From: Candidatus Binatia bacterium
Lineage (GTDB): Bacteria > Desulfobacterota > Binatia > UBA12015
Direction: 5' to 3'
NCBI GenBank assembly: GCA_046327915.1
Contig: JAXLXO010000026.1
Span: 23,069-87,068, forward strand
Length of the DNA stretch: 64,000 bases
Notes under the pieces: model-generated
Databases searched by the model: none
What the model was told of the DNA's origin: nothing
The model's input: the letters and a program-made list of their open reading frames with translations, nothing else
Program-made: the position numbers and the translations under genes
Shown here: positions 18,875-30,299 of the stretch, one piece after another
How positions within the stretch are numbered: position 1 is the stretch's first letter
How the letters are laid out: each line of letters starts with the position of its first letter

Positions 18875-19927
18875 TCAATGCTCCACCGCGGCTTCCCAGA
18901 TCGTGAGGGCCACGATCGCGAGCACGCCCAACATTCCGATCCACACGCTCGCTTCGCTGAAGCGCGTGTGGCGTCGGATCCACGCATCGATGAACGGCCA
19001 GGCGAACATCACGAACACGATGAACCCGGTCGAGAGGACCGCGACGGTCCCGGAGAAGAGCTTCAGCCAGCGAAAGGCGACGTAGAAGAACCACTCCGGC
19101 TTGATCACCTCGGGCGTCGAGAGCGGGTCCGCCTGCGGCCCGAGGTGCGCCGGCAGCGCCGTCGCGAGCACCGACAGCAGCACCATGAGCAGGATGCCGA
19201 TGGTGAGCTCGGTCATGAGGTGGTCCGGCACGAAGTTGAAGTGTCCGCTCGCGGTCCTGTCGTCGTCGCCCTCGAAGCGGAACTCGGTCACGCCCTGGAT
19301 GCGGATGATCGCGATGTGGATCGCGAGCAGCAGCACCAGCAGGACGGGCAGCACCGCCGCGTGCAGCACGAAGAAGCGCGGCAGCGTGTGCTCGTTGTAG
19401 ACCTCGCCGCCGAGCAGCATCTCCTTCATCGGCTCGCCCACGATCGGCACGCTGGCCGCGATGTTCGCGCCGACCGTGGCGCCCCAGTAGCTGAGCTGCT
19501 CGAAGACCAGGCTGTAGCCGGTGAAGCCGAGCACCAGCGTGCACAGCAGGATGCACATGCCGACCATCCAGTTGATCTCGCGCGGCTTGCGGTACGCGCC
19601 GGTGAAGAAGACGCGCATCTGGTGCAGGATCACCGCGGCGATCATCAGCGTCGCGCCCCACTTGTGGACGCTGCGGATGAACCAGCCGTACGCGGCTTCC
19701 TCGCTGATGTAGCGCACCGACTGGTACGCGCTGGTCGACGACGGCTGGTAGTAGACCGCGAGCAGGATGCCGGTCGCGATCTGGACGATGAAGAGGTAGG
19801 CCGGCGTGCCGCCGAGCGCGAACCACCAGCGCTTCAGGTGATTCGGCACCGGCTCGTTGGTGAGCTCGCGAAGCTCCGCGCCCGAGACCGGAACCCGTTC
19901 CTGGAACCACGCGGCGACGCGGCTCAT
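18875..19927 (-). CDS. Cytochrome b (fused b6/subunit IV type), Rieske/cyt b module 2
   Basis: 350 aa from ATG 19927. His-bearing helices (HKWGATLMIAAVILHQMRVFFTGAYRKPRE; FFVLHAAVLPVLLVLLLAIHI). PEWFFY motif. Confidence 0.85.
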   Translation of the reverse strand: MSRVAAWFQERVPVSGAELRELTNEPVPNHLKRWWFALGGTPAYLFIVQIATGILLAVYYQPSSTSAYQSVRYISEEAAYGWFIRSVHKWGATLMIAAVILHQMRVFFTGAYRKPREINWMVGMCILLCTLVLGFTGYSLVFEQLSYWGATVGANIAASVPIVGEPMKEMLLGGEVYNEHTLPRFFVLHAAVLPVLLVLLLAIHIAIIRIQGVTEFRFEGDDDRTASGHFNFVPDHLMTELTIGILLMVLLSVLATALPAHLGPQADPLSTPEVIKPEWFFYVAFRWLKLFSGTVAVLSTGFIVFVMFAWPFIDAWIRRHTRFSEASVWIGMLGVLAIVALTIWEAAVEH

Positions 19928-20460
19928 CACACGCCCTGCGTGCGGCCGGGACGCGAGACCAGCGCCTCGGTCGGCACGTTGATGAACACCAGCTGGCCGC
20001 GTACCTCGAGCGGATAGCGCGGCAGCGGCGTGTTGCCTTCCTTCGGAGGTCCGCCGGTGGGCTGGCCCTCGGGGTTGAACGTGCCGTTGTGGCACGGGCA
20101 GACGTACTGGTCGCGGTGCGCTTCCCAGTGCACCTGACAGCCGAGGTGCGGACACGTGCTCGACAGCGCGACGAAGTCGGCCGCGGTGGAGCCCTGACCG
20201 AGCCGCGTCACGTTGATGGTCTGGCCGGTCGGCGCCGTCCAGCGCAGCGAGCCTCCCGCGGGCAGCTGGTCGAGCCGCGCGACGTACGTCCACGCGCGGC
20301 GCGCCGGTCCGGCCGGGTAGAGAAAGCGCCCTGCGTAGGCGGCGAACGTGCCGTACGCGGCGGCGAGCGCACCCACCAGGCCGAGGTTCAGCATGCGCGC
20401 GAGCAGATCGCGGCGCTCCGGCACGGGCGCTGCCGGCCCTTCGACGAGTCCCTCCTCCAT
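19927..20460 (-). CDS. Rieske [2Fe-2S] subunit, module 2
   Basis: CPHLGCQVHW...CPCHNGTF boxes. N-terminal hydrophobic anchor. ATG 20460 with SD GAGAGGGGGAA. TGATG overlap with the cytochrome b gene. Confidence 0.8.
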   Translation of the reverse strand: MEEGLVEGPAAPVPERRDLLARMLNLGLVGALAAAYGTFAAYAGRFLYPAGPARRAWTYVARLDQLPAGGSLRWTAPTGQTINVTRLGQGSTAADFVALSSTCPHLGCQVHWEAHRDQYVCPCHNGTFNPEGQPTGGPPKEGNTPLPRYPLEVRGQLVFINVPTEALVSRPGRTQGV

Positions 20461-20532
20461 CGTTCCCCCTCTCGCCTGATGGCGATCCGTGTGCGCACGA
20501 GCCGCACCACGAATCATGCTCTCGCCGTCACA

Positions 20533-21117
20533 TCAAGAATGGACGCGCTCCCGAAGCAGATCGACGGCCAGCGCGACGTGCGAATCCGGTGCGAGATCCG
20601 CGGCTTCGCCGAGGCGCGCGACCAGCGGAGCGAGGTGCGCAGCCACGAACGCGGCACGCGCCGCCGCAACGGTGTGCGCCGCCTCCGCGTCCCCGTTCGC
20701 CCAGGCGAGCGACTCCTTGAGCTCCAGAAATCCGACGAACCCCGCCTCCACGGCCACGTGGTCGGGCGGGTCCTCGGCACGGGGAGCGTAGCCGAACGCC
20801 TCGTAGAAGCGCGCCAGCTCCGAGAACATCCAGCCCGGATCGCCGAACCCCAGCGCACTCGCCTCGCGCGGCGACAGCGGCGCGCCCGGACCGAGCAGCG
20901 CGTGGTACTCGCCCTCGGTGATGCCGCGCGCGGCGGCGACGACCGCGCGCAGCGGCGGATCGTCGATCTCGTCCGCGAGGCGGTCGATCTCGGTGCTCCA
21001 GCCCGCGCGCGGACGCTCGAGGAGAAGTCCGAGCAGGCGCCAGTGCGCCGCGCGGGCGATTCCGTCGGCGACGCGGGTGGTGGCGCCCGCGTCGTGTCCG
21101 TTGCCTGCCGTGCTCAT
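20533..21117 (-). CDS. TorD/NarJ-family redox-enzyme maturation chaperone (delta)
   Basis: 194 aa. Core FYEAFGYAPRAEDPPDHVAVEAGFVGFL is typical of the family. ATGA overlap with the gamma gene. Confidence 0.7.
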   Translation of the reverse strand: MSTAGNGHDAGATTRVADGIARAAHWRLLGLLLERPRAGWSTEIDRLADEIDDPPLRAVVAAARGITEGEYHALLGPGAPLSPREASALGFGDPGWMFSELARFYEAFGYAPRAEDPPDHVAVEAGFVGFLELKESLAWANGDAEAAHTVAAARAAFVAAHLAPLVARLGEAADLAPDSHVALAVDLLRERVHS

Positions 21118-21968
21118 GGTGCCTCCGTCACACGCAGCGGCACCCAGCCGGTGCGCATCTTGCGCGCGCCGACCTCGCCGTGCTCGCCCGACCAGATCGC
21201 GAACGCGATCACGTCCGGAGTGTCGCCGCCGCCTCCGGCGAGCGGCCGCACGAGAACCACCGACCATCCCGACGGCGTGCGCACGCCGCGGCCCGTGGAC
21301 CGTGCGTGCTCCGCCGGGCGCAACGTGCCGGGCCCCTCGCCGACGAGGTCCTGCACCGGCTCGCTGCGCGGCCCCGCGACGTCGTTGCCGACCGCGCGCG
21401 CCGGTGCGTAGCGCTTCGCCATCGCCACCTGCTCGGGCGATCCCTTGACGAGGCTCGCCGCGTCGAACGGATAGCCGTCGACTCCCGCCGCGGGATAGAG
21501 CGCGCGGATGTCGTCCGGGCGTCCGTCGACGTTCGCCTGCCACGAGGCGCGCCAGTAGGTGATCTCGACCGGGCGTCCCGGCTCGCCCATCTGCGGCGCG
21601 GGAGCGTCGGGCGAGCGCTTCGCCGGCGTCTGCAGCGCGCAGGCGTCGGCGAACTTCGCCGGCCCCGGCACGTCGTTCGGGCTCGCATCGGACCAGTCGA
21701 GGCGGACGGCGAGCTTCGTGCCGTCGGTCAGGGCGCGCACGCGGACCTCCGGCGTCGACGGCGCGAGCAGGCGCGGCTCGACGATGTCCTGCAGTTGCAG
21801 CGCGGCGCGGTACTCCGGCGCGTCCTGCCAGGCGGCGTCGGCGGGATCGGTCGCGATCGCGGCGCGCCGCACGGCGCGGACCTCGGTCGCGGGCGTGTCC
21901 TGCGCCGGCTTGCCGCCGCAGCCGGCGAGCAGAAGGAAGATCGGGAGAAGCCGATGCCAGCGTCTCAT
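21114..21968 (-). CDS. EbdC/NxrC-like gamma subunit with lipoprotein-type signal peptide
   Basis: 284 aa. MRRWHRLLPIFLLLAGCGG lipobox. Resembles the ethylbenzene-dehydrogenase-gamma/DOMON-like fold family. SD GAGGAGG. Confidence 0.65.
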   Translation of the reverse strand: MRRWHRLLPIFLLLAGCGGKPAQDTPATEVRAVRRAAIATDPADAAWQDAPEYRAALQLQDIVEPRLLAPSTPEVRVRALTDGTKLAVRLDWSDASPNDVPGPAKFADACALQTPAKRSPDAPAPQMGEPGRPVEITYWRASWQANVDGRPDDIRALYPAAGVDGYPFDAASLVKGSPEQVAMAKRYAPARAVGNDVAGPRSEPVQDLVGEGPGTLRPAEHARSTGRGVRTPSGWSVVLVRPLAGGGGDTPDVIAFAIWSGEHGEVGARKMRTGWVPLRVTEAP

Positions 21969-21979
21969 GGCACACCTCC

Positions 21980-23109
<1,130 letters not shown>

Positions 23110-23110
<1 letters not shown>

Positions 23111-26100
23111 CAGACGTTCTCCTTCTTCGCGTCCGCCGCATCCTGCGGAGCGAGCTCGCCCGCGAGGTAACGCTTCATCACGTCGCTCTCGGTGCCCGGA
23201 CGGAGCCCGAGCTTCGCGGGACGCCACAGCCCCTCGCCGCCCATGCCGCCGGCCTCGGCCCTGGTGATCTTGACGATCGACTCGCGTGGCGCGCCGGTCG
23301 GGCAGTGCACGTCGGGCAGGAAGCCCTTGCCGATCTGCTGGCCGAAGAGCTCCTTGCGCACCAGCGAGTCGGTCATCCACGTCGGCTTCAGCCAGCCGCG
23401 CGTCGCCGCCTGGTGCGATCCGGAGCGGAACATCGCCTGGTAGTTGGTGCGCGGGTTCTTCGCGAGACCGTCGGGACGGCTCTTCGCTCCCTCGACCGAG
23501 CCGGGCGTCGCGCCGTACATGTTGAACCACATCCGCGTCACGCCGCGCGGCGTGCCCGGGTAGGCGCGCGCGCGGCACAGCAGCCGCGAGAACTCGTAGT
23601 CCTTCGCGTTGTTCTGCCACCCGCGGAACGGACGATCGGCGGGATCGGAGTCGATCCACACGTAGTCGCCGTCCGCGACGCCGAGGGCGCGGGCGTCCTC
23701 GGGATTGATGTCGACGTAGCCTTCGGCGACGAACGGCGCGCGCGTGTCGTGCCGGTACATGTCGCCGAACGGGCCGAACAGCATCGCGACGAAGTCGGTG
23801 TCGATCGGCATGGTGTGCGCGCCGTGCCGGTACTTGGGCGTGTGGAAGACGAAGCGGTAGCCGTCGTCGGCGAGCGGATGCTTCGTCGCGCGGGTCTCGG
23901 CCCACGTCAGCACCACGTTGCGGCCCTGCCGGGTCTCGCAGTCGAGCGCGTCCCGCGACACGCCGTAGTCCTCGGGCCCCTTCGGACGCAGCGCCTCGTG
24001 GCGCGGCGCGACGATCACGTTCGGCTGGTAGAACGTGGAGTCGATCGGCTCGCGATGCACGGGCAGGTTCTCGCCCGCCTCGATGAACTCGTCCTCGTCG
24101 CGGTAGAACTCGAGCCGTCCGGTCTTCGTGTACCAGGGCCGGTTCTCCTCGACCTGCTCCCAGCCGACGGCCTTCGGATAGGTGCGCGACATGAGCAGCG
24201 CGGGAATGCCGTTCTTCGCCTTCTCGTGCAGGTCGTCGATGTCGTAGCCCGCCGCGCAGGACGAGCCGTCGAGGATGCGCTGCAGGTAGGTCTGCACGCG
24301 CTTCTCGCGCACGAACTTCCAGCAGTCGTCGAAGCGCTTGTCGCCGGTGCGCTCGGCGAGCGCGTGGCCGACGTTCGCGAGCACCTCGATGTCGCCGCGC
24401 GTGTCGAAGAGGCGCGGCATCGGCGTCTCGGGGAAGACCGTGATGAACGGGTTGGTGACCGAGGCGCAGATGTCCGGGTACTTGAGCTCGGCCCAGGAGT
24501 CGACGGCGAACACGACGTCGGCCCACTCGCACGACGTCGACCACCACCACTCGTTGACGCAGATCATCTCGATCGTCGGCAGGACGTTGACGACCGTGTT
24601 GTAGTGCCACTTGACGTTGCCGAGGATCGAGTTCGCGTTCGCGAACCACATCGACTTCGTCGGCGTCGGGATGTGGCCCTTTCCGGTCAGCGTGCGGTTA
24701 CCGACCTTCAGGATGTGGTGCTCGTGGTTGTAGTAGTGCGCCGACTCGGGCTTCCAGTACTGCTTGACGCGCGCCGGCTTCGACGGATCGAGCTCGAGGT
24801 CGAACGGGTTCTCGTTGATGTACTGCGGCACGCCGTTGAACAGCGAGACGCGGTAGTTGCCGGCGAACGAGCCGACGTTGCCGGCGAAGCGGCCGACGTT
24901 GCCGGTCAGCGCCGCGAGCAGGAAGATGTCGCGGTCCTTGTTGTCGTTGTTGAAGAACTGGTTCGGTCCCATGCCGACCGCGAACAGCGTCGTGCCGGGG
25001 TGGGCCGCGATGTCGCGCGCGAGGCGCTGCACCGCGTCCGCCGGCGCCCACGTCATGTCCTCGACGGTCTTCGGATCGAAGTGCGCGGCGTACTCCTTGA
25101 CCAGGTCGAAGACCGGACGGCAGCGCACCTTGCTCCCGTCCTGCAGCGTGACCTCGACCGAGCCCTCGAGCAGCGCGTCCCTGGTCACGTCGGACTGCGC
25201 TCCCACGGCGTCGCGCACCAGGCGGCGCGGCGCCTTCGCCGCGGCGTCCCACCAGACGTAATCGCCCCACTCGGCGCGCAGCGCCGCGGGCAGGATCTGG
25301 TCGTTCTGCTTGCCCGGCGGCGGCGCCTTCTCGCCGGCGGGCAGGATCTTCGTCTGGTTCGTTAGCGTTGCCGGATCGCCGCCGAAGACGTCCTTCGCGC
25401 TCAGGTTCTTCAGCGTGTCCATGCGGACCAGGACCGGCAGGTCGGTCCACTGGCGCACGTAGTCGGCGTCGTAGAGCTTCTCCTGCAGCACGACGTTGGC
25501 GAGGCCGAGCGCCAGGGCCGGCGTCGTGCCGGGCCGAACGACGATCGCGTCGTCGGCCTTCGACGAGGTCGACGAGTACTCGCACGCGATGTTGACGATG
25601 CGCGTGCCCTTGAGGCGCGCCTCCGTCATCCAGTGCGCGTCGGGCATCTTGGTCGTCACCCAGTTCATGCCCCAGATGACGAGCGTGCGGCACAGCTCGA
25701 CCGAGCTGAGATCGAACTCGACCGTCTGCTGGCCGGTCACCATCGGGTGACCCGGCGGCAGGTCGGTGTGCCAGGAGTAGTTGTCGAAGCCGCGCGCGCC
25801 CATCGCCTTGTCCGGCTCGACGCCGCGGATCTTCGCGTCGAGCAGCGCCATCGAGTTCGCGAGCCGGTACATGCCGAACACGCGCGTCAAGCCAAGAAGG
25901 GGCATGCCGCCGCGGAACTTGAGCACCTGCGTGCCGACGCCCTGCGTCGCCGCGACCACCTCGTCCTGGTAGCCCTGCGCGTGCAGCAGCCTCTGGCCCG
26001 CCTCGCCGTTGTAGGTCTCGGTGATGTTGACCAGCGCCGCGGCGACGATCGCCGCCGCCTCCTCGTGCGTGACGCGCAGCCACTCGTCGCGCGCGCGCTG

Positions 26101-26580
26101 GAACATCTCCTTCGGCGGACGTCCGTTCTCGTCGCGCGGGAAGCCCGCGTCGACCCACTGCTTGAAGCCCTTGCGCACCATCGGGTGGCGCACGCGCCGG
26201 TCGCCGTAGAAGCGGCGCGTGAGCGCGAGCCCCTTCTGGCAGACGCGCGGATCCCAGCGGTGCGACGCCTTGTTGCCGTCGAGATCGGTCGCCTCGCCGT
26301 AGCGCATGGTCGGCCCGATGCGCGTCACCACCCCCGAGCGCACGTACGCGTTCAGGATGCAGTTGTGCGTGTCGTTGGGCGCGCACAGGAAGGTGAATTT
26401 CGAGTCCGTCTTCCAGAGATCGCGGTAGGCGTTCTCCCAGTCGCGGCTCGGGTAGCGCGCGAGGGGGTTCTCGACCGCGTCGAGGCCCCACGCCCGCGTC
26501 GCCGACTGCACGAACGCTCCGAAGCCGAGCGCGCTCGCCCCCTCGAGGAACTGGCGCCGCGACAGGCCGTTGGATTTCAT
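23110..26580 (-). CDS. Tat-exported type II DMSO-reductase-family catalytic alpha subunit (NarG/NxrA-like)
   Basis: 1156 aa. Twin-arginine signal [24 protein letters not shown]-x3-D-x3-C-x39-C FeS motif. [11 protein letters not shown] contains the Asp that ligates Mo in NarG-type enzymes. SD GGGAGGA. Confidence 0.9.
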
Positions 26581-28247
26581 CTCGGGTCCTCCCAGCTGCG
26601 CAGGTACGTCGCGATCGCGACGATCTCGTCGTCGGCGAGCACGCGGTGCGCGGGCGATGCCGAGCCGAAGGCCGGCATCGAGGTGCCGCGGCGGCCGCGG
26701 CGGATCGTCTCGACGAGGTAGGTGTCGCTCGCGGCGGCGAGGAAGCGGCGGTTGGCGAGCGCCGGGCCTTCCTTGCCCTCGCCGTTCGCGCCGTGACACG
26801 ACGCGCACGACTCCGCGTACAGGCGCGCGCCGGTGGTCGCGTCACCGCCGAGCCAGCGCAGCGGCTGCGCGTCGACCGGGGCGTCGACGCCACCGGCGAG
26901 CGTCCGCAGGTGCGCGATCACCGCGTCGATCTCCTCCGGACGCAGGCCACCGGATCCCTCGCCCCACGCCGGCATGCGCCGTCCCGGACGTCCGTGCGTG
27001 ATGGTCTCGCGCAGGAAGCGGTCGGACGCGACGGCGAGGAAGTCGGGATTCGCGACGGCCGGGAACGCCGCCGCGCCGCCGTAGCGCATGCCCTCGCCCG
27101 ACGGACCGTGGCAGGCCGCGCAGAACGTGCCCCAGAGGGTCGCGCCGTCGGCCGCGAACTCGCGCTCGCCGAAGCGCTCGGCGCGGATGCGGTCGCGCGG
27201 CCAGAACTTCTCCGGCCGGTCGCTGCGGCGCAGCGACAGCATGTAGAACGTCAGCAGGTCGACCTGCCTGTCGTCGAGGCCGAGGACCGGCATCCGCGAG
27301 CCCGGCACCACCGCCGCGGGATCGCGGAAGTGCGCGCCGAACCAGCTCGACAGCGTGTGCTCGGGCACGCCGTGGAAGCTCGTCTGTCCGGGGTCCTTGT
27401 CGCCGACGTGCGTGAGATCCGGACCGTCGTCGCCGCCGACGCCGGCGATCTTGTGGCAGCCCCGGCAGCCGAGCTCGTGAAAGGCCGCCTTCGCGGCGAC
27501 GAGATCGGGCGCGCCGACGCGCGAGTCGAGGTAGGCGCGGATGACGTCGCGATCGTGCGCCGGGATCGGACCGAACGACGAGCGCCACGGCCCCTCGGTC
27601 GCGGCCTCGTGCCGCGCGAGATGCTCGTCGTACCAGCGCGGATCGACGCCGCGCGCCCCCACGCGGGACAGGTCGGGCGAAGGGATGCCGGCGGTGCCGG
27701 GACGCGTGGTGCCGCCGCGTCCGTCGAGCGCATGGCAGGCGAGGCAGTCGTTGCGCTCGAGCACGGCGAGGCCCTGCGCGAGATCGGCGCGCCGCGGCAC
27801 GGCGACGTGCGTGTGGCAGCTGCCGCAGCCCGCCCACGCGTAGCGTGCCGGCAGCATCGGCTCCGGCCAGTGCGGCACGGTGCCGTGCGCATCGCCGGTC
27901 TCGGTCGCGCGCCCCTGACCGCCGTGGCAGGCGACGCAGCCGAAGTCCGCCGGATCGTGCGCGACGTCCGGGTGCGGACCGAGCACCGGGTCGCCCGCGA
28001 TGCCGTGCTCGCCGGGCGCCATGCCGACGTGGCAGCTGATGCAGCGGTCGGTCGCGCCCAGCGCGGGCACGTAGCTCTGCCGCAGCTGCACCGCGAACGC
28101 GGCCGCCTGCTCGGGCGCGAGCCGGGCCTGGTAGCCGCGCTGGATGCGGCGCCAGTCGCGGTCGACGTTCTCGCGCCAGATCGCGACCAGCAGCAACGCG
28201 AGCGTTCCGAGGCTCGCGACGAGGAGGAGGATCTTGTTCGCGCGCAC
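26577..28247 (-). CDS. Membrane-anchored heptahaem cytochrome c
   Basis: N-terminal TM helix. Seven CxxCH motifs (CISCH, CVACH, CGSCH, CLACH, CRGCH, CAACH, CASCH). ATGA overlap with the alpha gene. Confidence 0.85.
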   Translation of the reverse strand: MRANKILLLVASLGTLALLLVAIWRENVDRDWRRIQRGYQARLAPEQAAAFAVQLRQSYVPALGATDRCISCHVGMAPGEHGIAGDPVLGPHPDVAHDPADFGCVACHGGQGRATETGDAHGTVPHWPEPMLPARYAWAGCGSCHTHVAVPRRADLAQGLAVLERNDCLACHALDGRGGTTRPGTAGIPSPDLSRVGARGVDPRWYDEHLARHEAATEGPWRSSFGPIPAHDRDVIRAYLDSRVGAPDLVAAKAAFHELGCRGCHKIAGVGGDDGPDLTHVGDKDPGQTSFHGVPEHTLSSWFGAHFRDPAAVVPGSRMPVLGLDDRQVDLLTFYMLSLRRSDRPEKFWPRDRIRAERFGEREFAADGATLWGTFCAACHGPSGEGMRYGGAAAFPAVANPDFLAVASDRFLRETITHGRPGRRMPAWGEGSGGLRPEEIDAVIAHLRTLAGGVDAPVDAQPLRWLGGDATTGARLYAESCASCHGANGEGKEGPALANRRFLAAASDTYLVETIRRGRRGTSMPAFGSASPAHRVLADDEIVAIATYLRSWEDPR

Positions 28248-28257
28248 GGCCGTTCCC

Positions 28258-29796
28258 TCAGTGCGCCGGCCAGTCCGCGGGCGACCAGAAGAAGTGCCAG
28301 TTCGGTCCGCGGAAGTGGACGCCGACGATGGTCAGCACGATGAAGCCGCACAGGAAGCAGGTGAAGAGCGCGAGCGCGCCGGCGCGCGTCGAGTCGTAGC
28401 GCTTGACGCACCAGAGCGACCAGACGGCGTACGCGAAGGCGAGCAGCGTTCCCGGATTGACGAACGTCACGACCAGCTGCGGGATGTCGGGGAACCACTC
28501 GCGCAGCCAGCCGAAGCGGATCGCCAGCGCCTCGATGCCGATCACCGTCGCGAGCCCGAAGACGGCCGAGCGCAGCACCAGCGGCAGGCCGCCCGGGCCG
28601 CCGAACCACTCGCCGGTGCCCTCGGTCTCGCGGTCGAGCAGCGGGATCAGCGTCAATCCCAGGATGACCAGCGTGGGCAGGCCCATGCCGCCCATGAACG
28701 CCGAGTACGCGACCAGCTCCTGCAGGCCGAGGAAGTACCAGGGCGCCTTGGCGGGATTCTCCGGCACGGCCGGATTGGCGAGCTCCTTGAGCGGCGCGTC
28801 GGAGTACAGCGCCAGCGCGAGGCACACCAGCACCGTGAGCATGAAGACCGCGAGCTCGGCGTAGAACAGGTGCGGCATCGCGGGCACGGTCTTCTCCGGC
28901 GCGCGCCCGACCGCCGGCGACGTGCCGCGCACCAGGGCCGCGAGCTGGTAGGTCTTGCGAGGCGCGTCGGTGAACACCGGCTGCACCGGAACCGGCGAGT
29001 CCGCGACGCGCAGGTCCGCGTCCGCGGGCCGCGCGAGCCCGCCGTCCTTGCGGATGCGCCAGAAGTGCACGCCGAGCAGCACGCCGAGCAGCAGAGGCAG
29101 CACCATCACGTGCAGCAGGTAGAAGCGGATCAGCGCCTCTTCGCCGATCTCCTCCGAGCCGAGCAGGATGAACTTCACCATGCCGCCGGGATCGAAGTGC
29201 GACGTCCAGCCGAGCGCGTCGGTGATCTCGCGCGGCGACTGCGCGATGTTCGCGCCGATGGTGATCGCCCAGTACGCGAGCTGGTCCCACGGCAGCAGGT
29301 AGCCGGTGAACGAGAGGCCGAGAGTCAGGACCAGCAGACCCATCCCGATCACCCAGTTGAACTCGCGCGGCTTGCGGTACGACGCCGTGTAGAAGATGCG
29401 CGCCATGTGGGCGAACACGACGAACACCATCACCTGCGCCGCCCAGCGGTGGATGTTGCGGATGAGCTTGCCGGTCGGGACGACGAAGTGGATGTCCTTG
29501 ACGGACCAGTACGCCACCTCGGGGTACGGCTTGTAGTAGAACATCAGCAGGATCCCGGTGCCGAGCGTCACCAGGAACGCGGACAGCGCCGCGATGCCGA
29601 GCCCCCACGTGGTGCTCCAGCGGAACGTCCACAGGTGGACGCGCACGCTGTGCAGGTGCAGGAAGAGGTTGCCGAACACGAACGACGAGCGCGCGCGGTC
29701 GGTGGTCGGCGCACCGGTGCGCGACACCGCGCCGCGCAGCGTCTGCGGCAGCGTGCGCAGGTTGGTGCCGAAGCGCTGCAGGCCGGTGGCGCTCAC
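28258..29796 (-). CDS. Cytochrome b (long, fused type with extra C-terminal helices), Rieske/cyt b module 1
   Basis: 512 aa from GTG 29796 (GTGA overlap). HRWAAQVMVFVVFAHMARIFYTASYRKPRE and FYLLHVMVLPLLLGVLLGVHF His pairs. PWYFLG motif. Confidence 0.8.
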   Translation of the reverse strand: MSATGLQRFGTNLRTLPQTLRGAVSRTGAPTTDRARSSFVFGNLFLHLHSVRVHLWTFRWSTTWGLGIAALSAFLVTLGTGILLMFYYKPYPEVAYWSVKDIHFVVPTGKLIRNIHRWAAQVMVFVVFAHMARIFYTASYRKPREFNWVIGMGLLVLTLGLSFTGYLLPWDQLAYWAITIGANIAQSPREITDALGWTSHFDPGGMVKFILLGSEEIGEEALIRFYLLHVMVLPLLLGVLLGVHFWRIRKDGGLARPADADLRVADSPVPVQPVFTDAPRKTYQLAALVRGTSPAVGRAPEKTVPAMPHLFYAELAVFMLTVLVCLALALYSDAPLKELANPAVPENPAKAPWYFLGLQELVAYSAFMGGMGLPTLVILGLTLIPLLDRETEGTGEWFGGPGGLPLVLRSAVFGLATVIGIEALAIRFGWLREWFPDIPQLVVTFVNPGTLLAFAYAVWSLWCVKRYDSTRAGALALFTCFLCGFIVLTIVGVHFRGPNWHFFWSPADWPAH

Positions 29797-30299
29797 GTCG
29801 TCACCTTCGTTCCCGGCGCGACGGTCTGGCTCTCGTCGACGAGGTAGCTGCCGCCTCCCGCGGACGATACCGCGAGCCACGGCAGCGCCTTCGGCGCCGG
29901 CCCCTTCGTCACCGCGCCGTCGAGCTTGAACTGCGAGCCGTGGCACGGGCACGCGAAGCCCGCGCCCTCCTGCTTGACGATGCAGCCGAGGTGCGTGCAG
30001 ACGGTCGACAGCGCCCACACGCCGCTCGCGTCGCGGAACACCGCGACCGAGCGGCCCTGCGGCACGAACGGCTCGCCGGCGGCCAGCGTCTCCGGCAGCG
30101 TGACGCGGAACTTGCGCGACGGCACCGGCACCACCGCGGCGCGCGGCAGGCGAAGGGCGCCGACCGCGGCGACCGCGAGCGCCGCGACCGCCGACCACAG
30201 CGCGGCGAGGCCCAGGAAGTCGCGGCGCGCCACCGGTGGTGGCGCGAGGCGCGAGCCGGCCGCTGCGGGAGCGTCGTCTGCCGATCGGGTCTGGCTCAT
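29793..30299 (-). CDS. Rieske [2Fe-2S] subunit with Tat motif, module 1
   Basis: 168 aa. RRDFLGLAAL Tat motif. CTHLGC...CPCHGSQF boxes. ATGA overlap with the upstream gene. Confidence 0.8.
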   Translation of the reverse strand: MSQTRSADDAPAAAGSRLAPPPVARRDFLGLAALWSAVAALAVAAVGALRLPRAAVVPVPSRKFRVTLPETLAAGEPFVPQGRSVAVFRDASGVWALSTVCTHLGCIVKQEGAGFACPCHGSQFKLDGAVTKGPAPKALPWLAVSSAGGGSYLVDESQTVAPGTKVTT

